DNA of 64,000 nucleotides from Myxococcota bacterium (GTDB taxonomy: Bacteria > Myxococcota_A > UBA796 > CAJQPC01), in assembly GCA_036229005.1 (NCBI GenBank), contig JAZAMN010000043.1, forward strand, positions 32,001-96,000. The letters run 5' to 3'. A program made the position numbers and the translations under genes. The notes under the pieces were generated by a model. It searched no databases, had not been told where the DNA came from, and saw only the letters and a program-made list of their open reading frames with translations. Below, piece by piece: positions 18,932-27,654 of this stretch. How positions within the stretch are numbered: the first letter of the stretch is position 1; every line of letters begins with the position of its first letter.

Positions 18932-19099
18932 TCACAGCTCGGGCCGGCGGAGGGCGGCAGGTGGTTGGAGTTCCCGAGCGAGGGTGATGCCCGCCGCGCT
19001 CAGGAATGCGTAGATGCCCATGCTCGCGAAGAGCAGCGCCATTCCGCGCATCACCCAGAGCTCCTTGGCCTTGAGGGTGCGGAGCTTCGCTCGGACCAT
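18932..19099 (-). CDS. 55-aa single-pass membrane protein
   Basis: Manual translation MVRAKLRTLKAKELWVMRGMALLFASMGIYAFLSAAGITLARELQPPAALRRPEL; basic N-terminus followed by TM; fills the intergenic gap. Confidence 0.5.
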   Translation of the reverse strand: MVRAKLRTLKAKELWVMRGMALLFASMGIYAFLSAAGITLARELQPPAALRRPEL

Positions 19100-19158
19100 C
19101 CAGGCCCCGCCGCCAAAGCAGAGGGGGGCCCGAATCGACGCAGCCGCTACGATTCCCC

Positions 19159-20637
19159 ATGCGCCCGGATCTCCTCCTGCTGGACGTCGGCGGTGTGCTC
19201 CTGCAGCCCGCCGAGCCCGTCGACGCCACCTACCTCCGCATGGGCCGCCCCCACGGGGTGGAGCAGGTCGACTTCCGCCGCGCCTTCGCCCAGGTCTCCG
19301 GCCGCCAGCTCATGGACGGCCGCCCCTACTGGCGCGCGGTGGTGCGCGAGGCCACCGGCTGCGCGGACCCCACTTACTTCGAGGCCCTCTACCAGCACTA
19401 CGCCCAGCCCCAGGCCTGGCGCGTCGCGCCGGGCGCTCTGCCCCTCATCGACACCCTCCGCGCGCAGGGCACCCCCGTCGCCCTGGTCTCCAACTGGGAC
19501 ACCCGCCTGCGCGGCACCCTCCGCGCCATGGGTCTGCTCGACCGCGTCGACGCGCTCTTCGTCTCCGGCGAGCTGGGCGTCGAGAAGCCCGATCCCCGCA
19601 TCTTCCACCTGGCCTGCCGCCGCTTCGGTGTGCCCCCCAGCCGCGCCCTGATGGTCGGCGACTCCTGGTCCAAGGACGTCCACGGCGCCATCTTCGCGGG
19701 CGTGCCCGGGCTCCACTTTGGCGCACAGGTCAGCGACTTCCGCGACCTGGCGCGTTGGCTGGAGCGCCCTCCTTGGCACGCAGACGCGGTGCTCACGCTG
19801 CCCCAGGCCCGAGCCGTCGCCGCCGGCATCCCCGAGCTCGCGGACCAGCCCGTCGCGCCGCTCGGCCAGGGCTGGGACAGCACGGTCTACTCCGTGGGGG
19901 CCCAAGCAGTTCTGCGCGCGCCCCGCCGCCCCTTGGGGGCCGTCAGCCTGCACACCGAGCTGCAGGTCCTGCGCGCCCTGGATCTCCCCGGGGTCCCGAA
20001 GCTGCTCAGGGTGACCTCGCCGGTGGAGGGGTTTCCCTACGCGGTGGCGTGCTTTGAGCGGGTCGGAGGGGTGAGTCTCGAGCGCTGGGAGGGCCCCGAT
20101 CGCCGCCTCCTGGCCCACAGCCTCGGAGAGTTCTTGAGGGCGCTGCATGGGCAGGTGGACGCGCGGGCCGGGCCCGACACTCTGGGTCGCTTGGAGCCCC
20201 AGAGACTCCAGCGATCCATCCACCAGCGAGGACAGGCTGCCGTGGACGACGGCTGGCTCTCACAGCCCCCCGTCGCGCCCCCGGTCGAGTCCGTGGAGCA
20301 CGCTACCGCTCTGGTCCACGGGGACCTCTACGCCCGGCACATCCACGTGGACGCAGCGGGCGCGCTGGTCGGGCTGGTGGACTGGGGCGATGTGCACCTG
20401 GGCCACCCCGCGGTGGACCTGGCCGGTGTGCTGGGCGTGCTCCCGCCGACCCTGCGCTCGGTGTTCCTGGACGCCTACGGCTCCGTGTCACCCGGGACCC
20501 TGGCGCTGGCGCGCCTGCGGGGCATGCACCACCAGTTGGGGGTGCTCGCCTACGCGATGGACATCGGGGATCGGCCTCTGGCGCACACAGCGCGGCTGGC
20601 GCTGGGGTGGCTGGGGGAGGCTACGACCTCTGAGTGA
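19159..20637 (+). CDS. HAD-family hydrolase fused to APH/Mph-like phosphotransferase
   Basis: HAD: LDVGGVL, VSNWD, KPDPRIF, VGDSW..D; kinase: LGQGWDS, HGDLYARH, VDWGD. Confidence 0.88.
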   Translation: MRPDLLLLDVGGVLLQPAEPVDATYLRMGRPHGVEQVDFRRAFAQVSGRQLMDGRPYWRAVVREATGCADPTYFEALYQHYAQPQAWRVAPGALPLIDTLRAQGTPVALVSNWDTRLRGTLRAMGLLDRVDALFVSGELGVEKPDPRIFHLACRRFGVPPSRALMVGDSWSKDVHGAIFAGVPGLHFGAQVSDFRDLARWLERPPWHADAVLTLPQARAVAAGIPELADQPVAPLGQGWDSTVYSVGAQAVLRAPRRPLGAVSLHTELQVLRALDLPGVPKLLRVTSPVEGFPYAVACFERVGGVSLERWEGPDRRLLAHSLGEFLRALHGQVDARAGPDTLGRLEPQRLQRSIHQRGQAAVDDGWLSQPPVAPPVESVEHATALVHGDLYARHIHVDAAGALVGLVDWGDVHLGHPAVDLAGVLGVLPPTLRSVFLDAYGSVSPGTLALARLRGMHHQLGVLAYAMDIGDRPLAHTARLALGWLGEATTSE

Positions 20638-20885
20638 GCGGGGAGGGGAGGCTACGCCCCCTGGATGAGCGATGTTCTGAGGCTACGCCCCACCAGTGAG
20701 CGCTCGGGCCACCGATCAGGCCCTGAAGCGGCCAATTTCCGGCCGATTTCCACTGTTCTGGGCCCAGATTGCCCCCAAAGCAGCCGATTCGGTCACCCGA
20801 TCGCTCACTGAGCACCCGTAGCCGCGACAGACCGCTCACTCGGACCCGGTAGCCACCCCCCTGCGCTCACTTAGCCCCGGTAGCC
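20619..20885. repeat. Inverted 31-bp-period repeat element, family B copy 1 (3 units + 99-bp core + 3 inverted units)
   Basis: GGCTAC-N9-RTGAGCG at 20619, 20650, 20681; CGCTCAC-N9-GTAGCC at 20802, 20833, 20864. Confidence 0.92.
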
Positions 20886-20903
20886 ACCCCAGAAACGCCA
20901 GAG

Positions 20904-22280
20904 TCAGCGCACAAAGCGCGCCACCACCTCGATGTGCCCGGTCTGAGGGAAGAGGTCGACGGCCTGCAGCCACTCCAGGGTCCAGCCGGCCGCCTCGAAC
21001 ACGGCGCGGTCCCGGGCCAGGGACTCGGGCTTGCAGGCCACGTAGACCAGGGTGCTCAGGCCGGAGTTCGCCAGGTACTCCGCGACCTTGGGGTGGAGGC
21101 CCGCCCGCGGCGGGTCCACGATGGCGATGTCGTCGTCGCGGAGCGCGGGCAGGTTGTCCTCGACCTTGCCGGCCTTGTACTGGATGTTGGAGCGCTCGTT
21201 GCGCTGGGCGTTGAGCCGGGCGTCTGCGACCGCCGCCTCGTTCATCTCGATCCCCAGGACCTCCTGGAAGCGGTCGCCCAGGTAGAGGCCGATCGCGCCG
21301 GTCCCGCAGTAGAGATCCAGCACGCGCCGTCCGCTGCCGGCGGCCTCGGCGACCACGTCGTAGAGCACCTCGGCGCCGGCGGTGTTGGTCTGGAAGAAGG
21401 CGGTCGCGGAGAGCTGGTAGCGGACGGGACCCAGGGCCTCGTCGATGGTGGTCTGGCCGGCCAGGACCTCGCGCAGAGGGCCGATGGCGGCGTCGGCCAC
21501 GCGCTCGTTGACGAACCAGAGCACGCCGTCGGCGGGGAGGGTGGCGGCGAGGGCGCGGAGCTCGTCTTCGATCTGCTCCACGGGCGCGTCTTGGGCTTCT
21601 GGGGGGGCTGTGTAGAGGGCGACCAGGACCTGCCCCACGCTGGAGGCCCGCACCACCAGGTGCTTGAGGAAGCCCACGTGCTCCCGTACATCCCAGGGCG
21701 CCAGCGAGGTCTGACTGTACCAGCCCTTCACCGCGGAGATCACGGCGTTCATCCGCGGGTCGGCGATCTCGCAGCGCTCCACGTCGACCACCCGGTCAAA
21801 GCGCCCGGGGGCGTGGAAGCCCAGGAAGCGCCCGTGGATGGACTTGCCGGCGGCGTTGTCGGCCTCGGTCAGGAAGCAGCGGGTGCCGAAGCTCAGCTCC
21901 ACCTTGTTGCGGTAGCCGAACGCGGCGGGGGCGCCGGCGATGGGGCGGGGGACCACGCCGGGGAACAGGCCGATGATGCGGCGCTGCTTCTCGCGGCGCT
22001 GGGCCTGCAGGTTGAGCTCCTGGAGGCTGCAGCCGCCGCAGAGGCCGAAGGCGGTGCAGGGAGGCTCCTGGTAGTCGGCGGGGCGCTCGACCATGTGGAC
22101 GCGGCGCGCGTGGATCACGCCCTGCTTGCGCTTGAAGGGGACCACGTGGACCACGGCGCCCGGGGGGGCGCTGCGGACCATGACCTCCTGGCCGTCGTGG
22201 GTGCCCACGGCGCAGCTCTTGGGACCCAGGCGGTCCAGGGTCAGGTCAAAGGGCGGGGTGTGTCGACGTCGGCGAGCCAT
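20904..22280 (-). CDS. rlmD: 23S rRNA m5U methyltransferase (RlmD/TrmA family)
   Basis: C...FGLCGGC Fe-S motif, YRNKVELSF, AFFQTN, DLYCGTG, VDPPRAG, YVAC, DLFPQTGHIE. Confidence 0.93.
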   Translation of the reverse strand: MARRRRHTPPFDLTLDRLGPKSCAVGTHDGQEVMVRSAPPGAVVHVVPFKRKQGVIHARRVHMVERPADYQEPPCTAFGLCGGCSLQELNLQAQRREKQRRIIGLFPGVVPRPIAGAPAAFGYRNKVELSFGTRCFLTEADNAAGKSIHGRFLGFHAPGRFDRVVDVERCEIADPRMNAVISAVKGWYSQTSLAPWDVREHVGFLKHLVVRASSVGQVLVALYTAPPEAQDAPVEQIEDELRALAATLPADGVLWFVNERVADAAIGPLREVLAGQTTIDEALGPVRYQLSATAFFQTNTAGAEVLYDVVAEAAGSGRRVLDLYCGTGAIGLYLGDRFQEVLGIEMNEAAVADARLNAQRNERSNIQYKAGKVEDNLPALRDDDIAIVDPPRAGLHPKVAEYLANSGLSTLVYVACKPESLARDRAVFEAAGWTLEWLQAVDLFPQTGHIEVVARFVR

Positions 22281-22304
22281 GGCCCCCGGCTAACCCAGGG
22301 GGGA

Positions 22305-22958
22305 TCACTCGGCGCTGAAACGGAGCCACATGCGGTATACCCGGCCGTCTCCGGCCTCCGCGCCAATGGGCGTCAGGCCGTAGCGCTCCATGCGCTTGAA
22401 GGTCTCCGTCGCGAAGGGCTCCGGGCAGTCGACCCACTGGACGTTCTCGGGCGTTCCGCGCTTGGCGACCTGCAGGTCGGCCACGCAGGTCAGCTCCGTG
22501 AGCCAGTGCTCGGCCATATACTGCTTCATCTCGCGGGTCACCCGCGGCGGCGAGGGCCAGTCCAGCCGGGCCATGGGCTCCAAGCGCACCAGGCGGGTCT
22601 TCTGGGGCAGCGGAACGGTCGTCTTCACCAGGCTGGCCACGTAGACGAAGGTGACCTCGTACTGGCCGGGGACGGCCAGATCCTGGTGCACCGCCGGGTG
22701 GAACTTCCAGCCGCGCACCGCGGCGCTGCTGGTGGCGGCGAGGTCATCGGGGCACTCACCCACGACCACGTCCGTCAGGACACCGAAGCGGTCCACCAGG
22801 GCGGTCACGCTGCAGGCGTGCAGCTCGCGGGGGCGCGACTCCACAAAGACCTGCGCCCGCAGGTCGGGGCTGGGGATGGGGTTGTGGTAGGGGCGCGTGC
22901 GGGGGCGCTCCGTGGTGCTGGTATCGGCCAGCAGCAACATGGCCAGCAGCGGGGTCAA
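22305..22958 (-). CDS. TonB C-terminal-like domain protein
   Basis: VDRFGVLTDV...AAVRGWKFHPA pattern and a second degenerate copy; hydrophobic N-terminus. Confidence 0.65.
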   Translation of the reverse strand: MTPLLAMLLLADTSTTERPRTRPYHNPIPSPDLRAQVFVESRPRELHACSVTALVDRFGVLTDVVVGECPDDLAATSSAAVRGWKFHPAVHQDLAVPGQYEVTFVYVASLVKTTVPLPQKTRLVRLEPMARLDWPSPPRVTREMKQYMAEHWLTELTCVADLQVAKRGTPENVQWVDCPEPFATETFKRMERYGLTPIGAEAGDGRVYRMWLRFSAE

Positions 22959-23476
22959 CGCTGCCCCCAGGCCATGCCTCCCTGCTGGGCGATGGAGGCG
23001 AGCTGGATGAGCCCCTCGCTGGCGCCGCGGCGGTAGGAGACACCCAGGCGCATGGGCAACATGCCCAGGGCCACCAAGCCCGGATCCCGGCCTTCTTCGT
23101 TGATCTTGTTCGCCACCCGCAGGACCTCGCTGGGGCCGTCATCGTAGCGATCGCGGTGTCCAAAGGCGATGTATTCGCGGAGCACCTGGTTCAGCGGCTG
23201 CCAGCGATCCTCCTCTCCCTGAGCCAGCAGCACCCCCACACCCGCGTGCAGGTACAGCTCGGTCGCCAGCTCGGCGTCAGGGCAACCCAGGGCCGCCCGA
23301 AAGTCTTGGGAGATCGCGAACATATCCTGCTCCACCAGGCCGCGAAGCGCGCGGACCGCACCCTCTGCATCGGATGCCTGCGCGATCTCCTGGACCCTGG
23401 ACGCGAGCTTTTCTTCCGCCGCGGCGTCGATGGACACCGGGGGCAGGGGCCTGCGGAGCCGGTCGATCCAGCGCAC
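22955..23476 (-). CDS. Hypothetical protein
   Basis: Abuts and overlaps co-oriented neighbours in an operon. Confidence 0.6.
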   Translation of the reverse strand: MRWIDRLRRPLPPVSIDAAAEEKLASRVQEIAQASDAEGAVRALRGLVEQDMFAISQDFRAALGCPDAELATELYLHAGVGVLLAQGEEDRWQPLNQVLREYIAFGHRDRYDDGPSEVLRVANKINEEGRDPGLVALGMLPMRLGVSYRRGASEGLIQLASIAQQGGMAWGQR

Positions 23477-24436
23477 TCAGCCGGCCACCAGGGCGGAGAG
23501 CCAGGCGGCGAAAGCGGGGCTCTCCACGACCTGACGGCTCTGCTTGAGCAGCAGCTCCTGCAGGGGGGGGCGCCAGGACTGCTCCAGACCGGAGCCGGCC
23601 AGGAAGCTGCGGGCGCTCTGGCTGCCCTGCTCGTCCACGAGCTGCTGCAGGCCGTCGCGGAGCATGGACTCGAGCTCAGAGGAGTGCACCGCGACCTTGA
23701 GCAGGGCGTGGACGTCGTCGATCAGGGCGTCCGGGTCCAGCTTGTCCAGCTCAGCGACCCACATCTTGACCGGGAAGGCCAGGGCGACGTCCACCATGTC
23801 CGAGCGCATCTGCCCGTATTCCTTGGCGTTCTCGGGCTTGGCCATGTGGTTGACCGCGTTCCCGATGGCGTGGCTGATGGCCCCGTCCACGAAGGTCTGG
23901 ATGCGGCCCTCAAGCTGGCGCTCGACCTCGGAGCCCACCATCTTGGCGGCCACGGTCGCGGCCCCGGCCCACTGCGCCAGCCGGCCCTTGCCCAGGTTGG
24001 CCGTGGGCGGCTTGATCATGGACGCAAAGTCCGTCAGCGAGGCCGTCAGCACCACCCGCATCAGGTTGCGCATGGCCTTGTGGTCCACCAGCGCCCGCAG
24101 CATGTGCGGGTCGGGCGAGTAGGGGCGCGAGAGCAGATCCTTGACCGGGGGGAGGGCGTCCATGGGGACCCGGTGCATCAGCGTGCCGGGCTCCTGGCGA
24201 ACCCGCTCCAGGGCCGCGCGCACCTGGTCGCGGAGCCACTCGCGGGTCTCGTCCTGGTCCACGCTGGCGCGCATGCCGGCCACCAGCGCGTCGGCCATGG
24301 GCTCGGGGTCCACCAGCTCCGCCAGGGGGCGCTCCAGCAGGTCTTCCAGCACCAGGTCGACCAGGGCCTCCATGTGCTGGGGCTCCTGTCGCAGGCGGTT
24401 GATGAGGACCTCGGCGTCGACCACGGGTTTCTCCAA
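23477..24436 (-). CDS. Hypothetical alpha-helical protein
   Basis: 319-aa ORF with high-GC3 codon pattern at the head of an operon. Confidence 0.75.
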   Translation of the reverse strand: MEKPVVDAEVLINRLRQEPQHMEALVDLVLEDLLERPLAELVDPEPMADALVAGMRASVDQDETREWLRDQVRAALERVRQEPGTLMHRVPMDALPPVKDLLSRPYSPDPHMLRALVDHKAMRNLMRVVLTASLTDFASMIKPPTANLGKGRLAQWAGAATVAAKMVGSEVERQLEGRIQTFVDGAISHAIGNAVNHMAKPENAKEYGQMRSDMVDVALAFPVKMWVAELDKLDPDALIDDVHALLKVAVHSSELESMLRDGLQQLVDEQGSQSARSFLAGSGLEQSWRPPLQELLLKQSRQVVESPAFAAWLSALVAG

Positions 24437-24474
24437 GCTCCCAGACCGAATAACCCCAGAGGGTGTTGGAGCAC

Positions 24475-24801
24475 ATGCAGCCGGGCGGCAGAGGTCGCCT
24501 CGTCATCGATCGCAGGGCCCTGCTCGGGGCCATCGCCGGCATGTTGGCGGTCTTCCTGGTGCTGGCCGCGGGCGTGTCCTGGGTGCTGCACAGTGTCGGC
24601 CTTGTGCCCTCCGAGCCCGAGCCCGTCAGCGTCAGCTACGACCCCTACGACGACGGCGTCCCCTTGGAGGCGCGCCTGCCCGAGGGCGTCCCCGAGCGCC
24701 TGACCCCGCTGGAGCGCTGGGAGGCGCTGGTCTTTGGGGAGGAGGAGGACCCGGAGCCCCCTACACCTGCGCCCGCACCGCCGGAGCCCGCAGGGCCCTG
24801 A
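24475..24801 (+). CDS. Small membrane protein
   Basis: One TM helix followed by an acidic, Pro-rich tail; GGAG RBS. Confidence 0.55.
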   Translation: MQPGGRGRLVIDRRALLGAIAGMLAVFLVLAAGVSWVLHSVGLVPSEPEPVSVSYDPYDDGVPLEARLPEGVPERLTPLERWEALVFGEEEDPEPPTPAPAPPEPAGP

Positions 24802-25912
24802 GACACGCCAAGGCAGCGACAATCGCCAGCGAGGACATGCTGGCGCTGAACGCAAAGAGCCAGTGGGTGTCCGCGCCACTGTCCACGATCAGCGAGCCAC
24901 CCAGGTTGCCCAGGCCCGACCCCACGCCACCCACCGCGGCCGAGAGCAGGCCCAGGCCGCTGGTGCGCAGGTCCTTGGGAGCGCGCTCCTGGACCAGCGA
25001 CACGCCCGCCACCCAGAAGGCCCCGAAGGTGATGCCGTGGACCGCCTGCAGCGCGATGGTCAGGGGCAGGCTGTCCGTCCACGCGCTGAGCACCCACCGG
25101 GGCAGCGCCAGCAACATGGCGCCCAGCAGCAGGCGATGGGAGCCGAAGCGGGCCAGCAGGCGGGGGCCCAGGGCCAGCACGCCGACCTCCACGCCAACAC
25201 CCAGGATCACCGCCACCCCCACCCACAGGCTGTCATGGCCCTGCGCGTCGATGTGCACCGAGAAGAAGGAGTCGTAGACCGCGTGCCCCGCGAAGTGCAG
25301 GCCCGAGGCCAGCAGCAGCAGCAGGAAACCGGGATCCCGGCCCAGGGAGAGCAGCGCCGGCAGCAGGCGGCGGCGGGGACCTGTGGGGGCGGCTGCCTTG
25401 GGCATGCTCGCGGCGACCACCAGCATGCCGAGGCCGGCCGCGCTGCCCAGCCACAGGGGGGAGAGGCCCTTGTCGCGGCCCCAGCCGGCCCCGAAGGCGG
25501 CGATCAGGAAGCCCACCGAGCCCCAGAGGCGCACCCGGCCGTAGTCGTCGGCGCGATCCTTGAGGGCGGTCAGCGTGAGGCCGTCCACCAGCGGGCCGGA
25601 GCCCGTGCGGCCGATGCCCAGGGCGAGCACCCCCAGCAGGGCGAGCGCCGGCGGCAGGCCCAGCAGCGCCAGGCAGCCCCCCAGCGCCATCCCGGCGGCC
25701 AACATCACCACCCAGGTGGCGCCGTTGACCCGGTCCGAGAGCAGCCCCCAGGCCGGGCCCAGCAGCAGCCGCAGCGCCGGGGTGGCCGTCATCGCGACGG
25801 TCAGCGCCAGCCCCGAGACCTGGCGGTCCTGGAGCTCCAGGGCCAGATAGGGGAAGACCGCCCCCAGCATCGCCAGGGAGAGGCCTTGCAGTATCGCGAG
25901 GCGGGTGAGCAT
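24761..25912 (-). CDS. MFS transporter (MFS_1-like)
   Basis: WGLLSDR, YGRVRLWGSVGF, QAVHGITFG; about 12 TM segments. Confidence 0.9.
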   Translation of the reverse strand: MLTRLAILQGLSLAMLGAVFPYLALELQDRQVSGLALTVAMTATPALRLLLGPAWGLLSDRVNGATWVVMLAAGMALGGCLALLGLPPALALLGVLALGIGRTGSGPLVDGLTLTALKDRADDYGRVRLWGSVGFLIAAFGAGWGRDKGLSPLWLGSAAGLGMLVVAASMPKAAAPTGPRRRLLPALLSLGRDPGFLLLLLASGLHFAGHAVYDSFFSVHIDAQGHDSLWVGVAVILGVGVEVGVLALGPRLLARFGSHRLLLGAMLLALPRWVLSAWTDSLPLTIALQAVHGITFGAFWVAGVSLVQERAPKDLRTSGLGLLSAAVGGVGSGLGNLGGSLIVDSGADTHWLFAFSASMSSLAIVAALACLRALRAPAVRAQV

Positions 25913-26028
25913 TGGCGGCGGCGTCTAACGCAGCCGCGCGGCAGAGCCCGTGTCAGCTCTGCGCCGCATCGGAGCCCAGCGGGGATCGCAGCGGGGTTCC
26001 AGCGGCGCCGCTGGCCCTTTGTGGGGCG

Positions 26029-27564
26029 TCAGTCCTGGGGGGGGCGCAGCGCCACGACAGAGGTGCCGGTCACCACAAAGTCACCCTGCTGCACCGGCGC
26101 GATGGGGTCCACGCGGCGCAGGGGCGTGCCTTCGCTGTAGATGTAGGTCGGGCAGCGCTCGTGGAGGCTGCGCAGGGTGGCGTTGCCCTGGGGGCCCACC
26201 TCGACCGCGGCCTGGCGGCGTCCGGCCAGAGCGCGGTCCAGGGTGAAGCCGCCCTGGCGGGCGCGGGCTGCGCGGGAGCCGGAGCACCAGCGGATGTTGT
26301 CCTGGCCGCGGCGGTCGGGGAGCGCCAGGCCGGGGTGGTTGGGCTCGCGGCCCAGCTCGGTGACCTGGCCGATGCCCACGCCCATGCGCAGGGGAGAGTC
26401 GGAGACCATCAGGCCGGCGTAGGGGCCGTTCTCCAGGCGGTAGAAGGTCACCCGCCCCGAGGGGGTCATGATGGTCGCGCCGTGCTGCAGGGCCACCGAG
26501 GCGCCCGGGGGCAGGGAGCGGCCGTCCACCGCGATGCCGTGCTGCAGCGGGCCCATGCGCACGCCGTCGCGGGACACGTCCACGCGCAGGACAGCCCGGT
26601 CGGAGCGGTTCACCCAGCGGCCGTCAGGCAGCAGGTCGTAGGTGTAGCCGGCGACCACCTCGGCCATGGGGACCGCGGGGAGCGCCAGCCCGGACATGAC
26701 CAGGTCGAGCTCGGAGCTCTGGCCCATGTCCAGGATGATCGTGTTGCTGCCGCTGGGCTTGGTGACCGCGGCGCGGACCTCCGCGATGGCGCTGGCCAGC
26801 GCGTCGGGGGTGCCCATCACCAGCCCGTGTCCGGCCTCTTGCCAGGCGAAGCGGTCGGCCGGCGCGATGTGGTAGGCGCTGAGGAAGAGGCGGTTGGGAT
26901 CCAGCACAGGCAGGGAGTCCACCGCCCGGGACAGGGCCTCGCTTCCGGGCCGGAAGCCCTCCAGCAGCACGATGGGATCGGGGGGCAGCGAGGGTTGTGG
27001 ATCGCCCTTCTGGATGCGCACCAGGGTGTTGCCCTTGACCGCGCTGATGACCTGCTGGGGGAGCCAGCAGCGGGTGCGGCCCACGGCGCGGTAGCAGGCG
27101 GTGGAGCCCACCAGGCCCTTGAGCGTGAACACGCCCACGGACTCGAAGGGCAGCTCCGACTGGTTCATGCAGATCCGGGTGGACTCGCTGAACCAGAACT
27201 CCCCGGCGGGGGTCTTGGAGTTGATCCGCGCGGCCAGGTTCACCGCGTCGCCGAAGGCGTCGCCGTCGATCTCCTCGACGTCACCGGTGGCGCAGGAGAC
27301 GCGGATGATCAGGGTGCCGGTGCTGGCGACCTTCTCCACCACGTCCAGGCCGGCGCGGGCAGCGTCCGTCGCCGAGTCGAACAGCGCCATGTAGGCGTCG
27401 CCCAGGCTCTTGACGATGCGGCCGCCGCGGCGGGTCAGGATGGGATGAACGAACTTCTCGTGCGCCGCCAGCAGGTTTCGGAGCTCCTGCCGGTCCGCGC
27501 GCGAGACGGTCGCCGTGTAGTTCGCCATGTCCGTGAACAGGACGGTCCGGGTCCGGGTCGCCAC
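26029..27564 (-). CDS. Class III adenylate cyclase domain protein with C-terminal FHA-like region
   Basis: FTDMANYT, VKSLGDAYM, DAFGDAVNLAARI; C-terminal ELGREP..., DFVVTG; GTG start after GGAGG. Confidence 0.85.
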   Translation of the reverse strand: MATRTRTVLFTDMANYTATVSRADRQELRNLLAAHEKFVHPILTRRGGRIVKSLGDAYMALFDSATDAARAGLDVVEKVASTGTLIIRVSCATGDVEEIDGDAFGDAVNLAARINSKTPAGEFWFSESTRICMNQSELPFESVGVFTLKGLVGSTACYRAVGRTRCWLPQQVISAVKGNTLVRIQKGDPQPSLPPDPIVLLEGFRPGSEALSRAVDSLPVLDPNRLFLSAYHIAPADRFAWQEAGHGLVMGTPDALASAIAEVRAAVTKPSGSNTIILDMGQSSELDLVMSGLALPAVPMAEVVAGYTYDLLPDGRWVNRSDRAVLRVDVSRDGVRMGPLQHGIAVDGRSLPPGASVALQHGATIMTPSGRVTFYRLENGPYAGLMVSDSPLRMGVGIGQVTELGREPNHPGLALPDRRGQDNIRWCSGSRAARARQGGFTLDRALAGRRQAAVEVGPQGNATLRSLHERCPTYIYSEGTPLRRVDPIAPVQQGDFVVTGTSVVALRPPQD

Positions 27565-27654
27565 CTGGCGCCTCCACGCTGCGGGCAACTCTACCAGAGG
27601 TGGACCCTGCGCGTCCCGGTTGCCGGGTTAAGGGCGGCCGCCTCCGGAGGCCCC

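Noticed and set aside
20619..20885. Classical RAYT-associated GTAG REP
   Set aside because: GTAG is present but is not followed by the short palindrome that defines REPs, and no RAYT gene is in the window
25912..27654. Apparent 580-aa N-terminal extension of GltX in the 1125-aa ORF
   Set aside because: It is the antisense shadow of the cyclase gene; GltX begins at ATG 27655 after GGAGG
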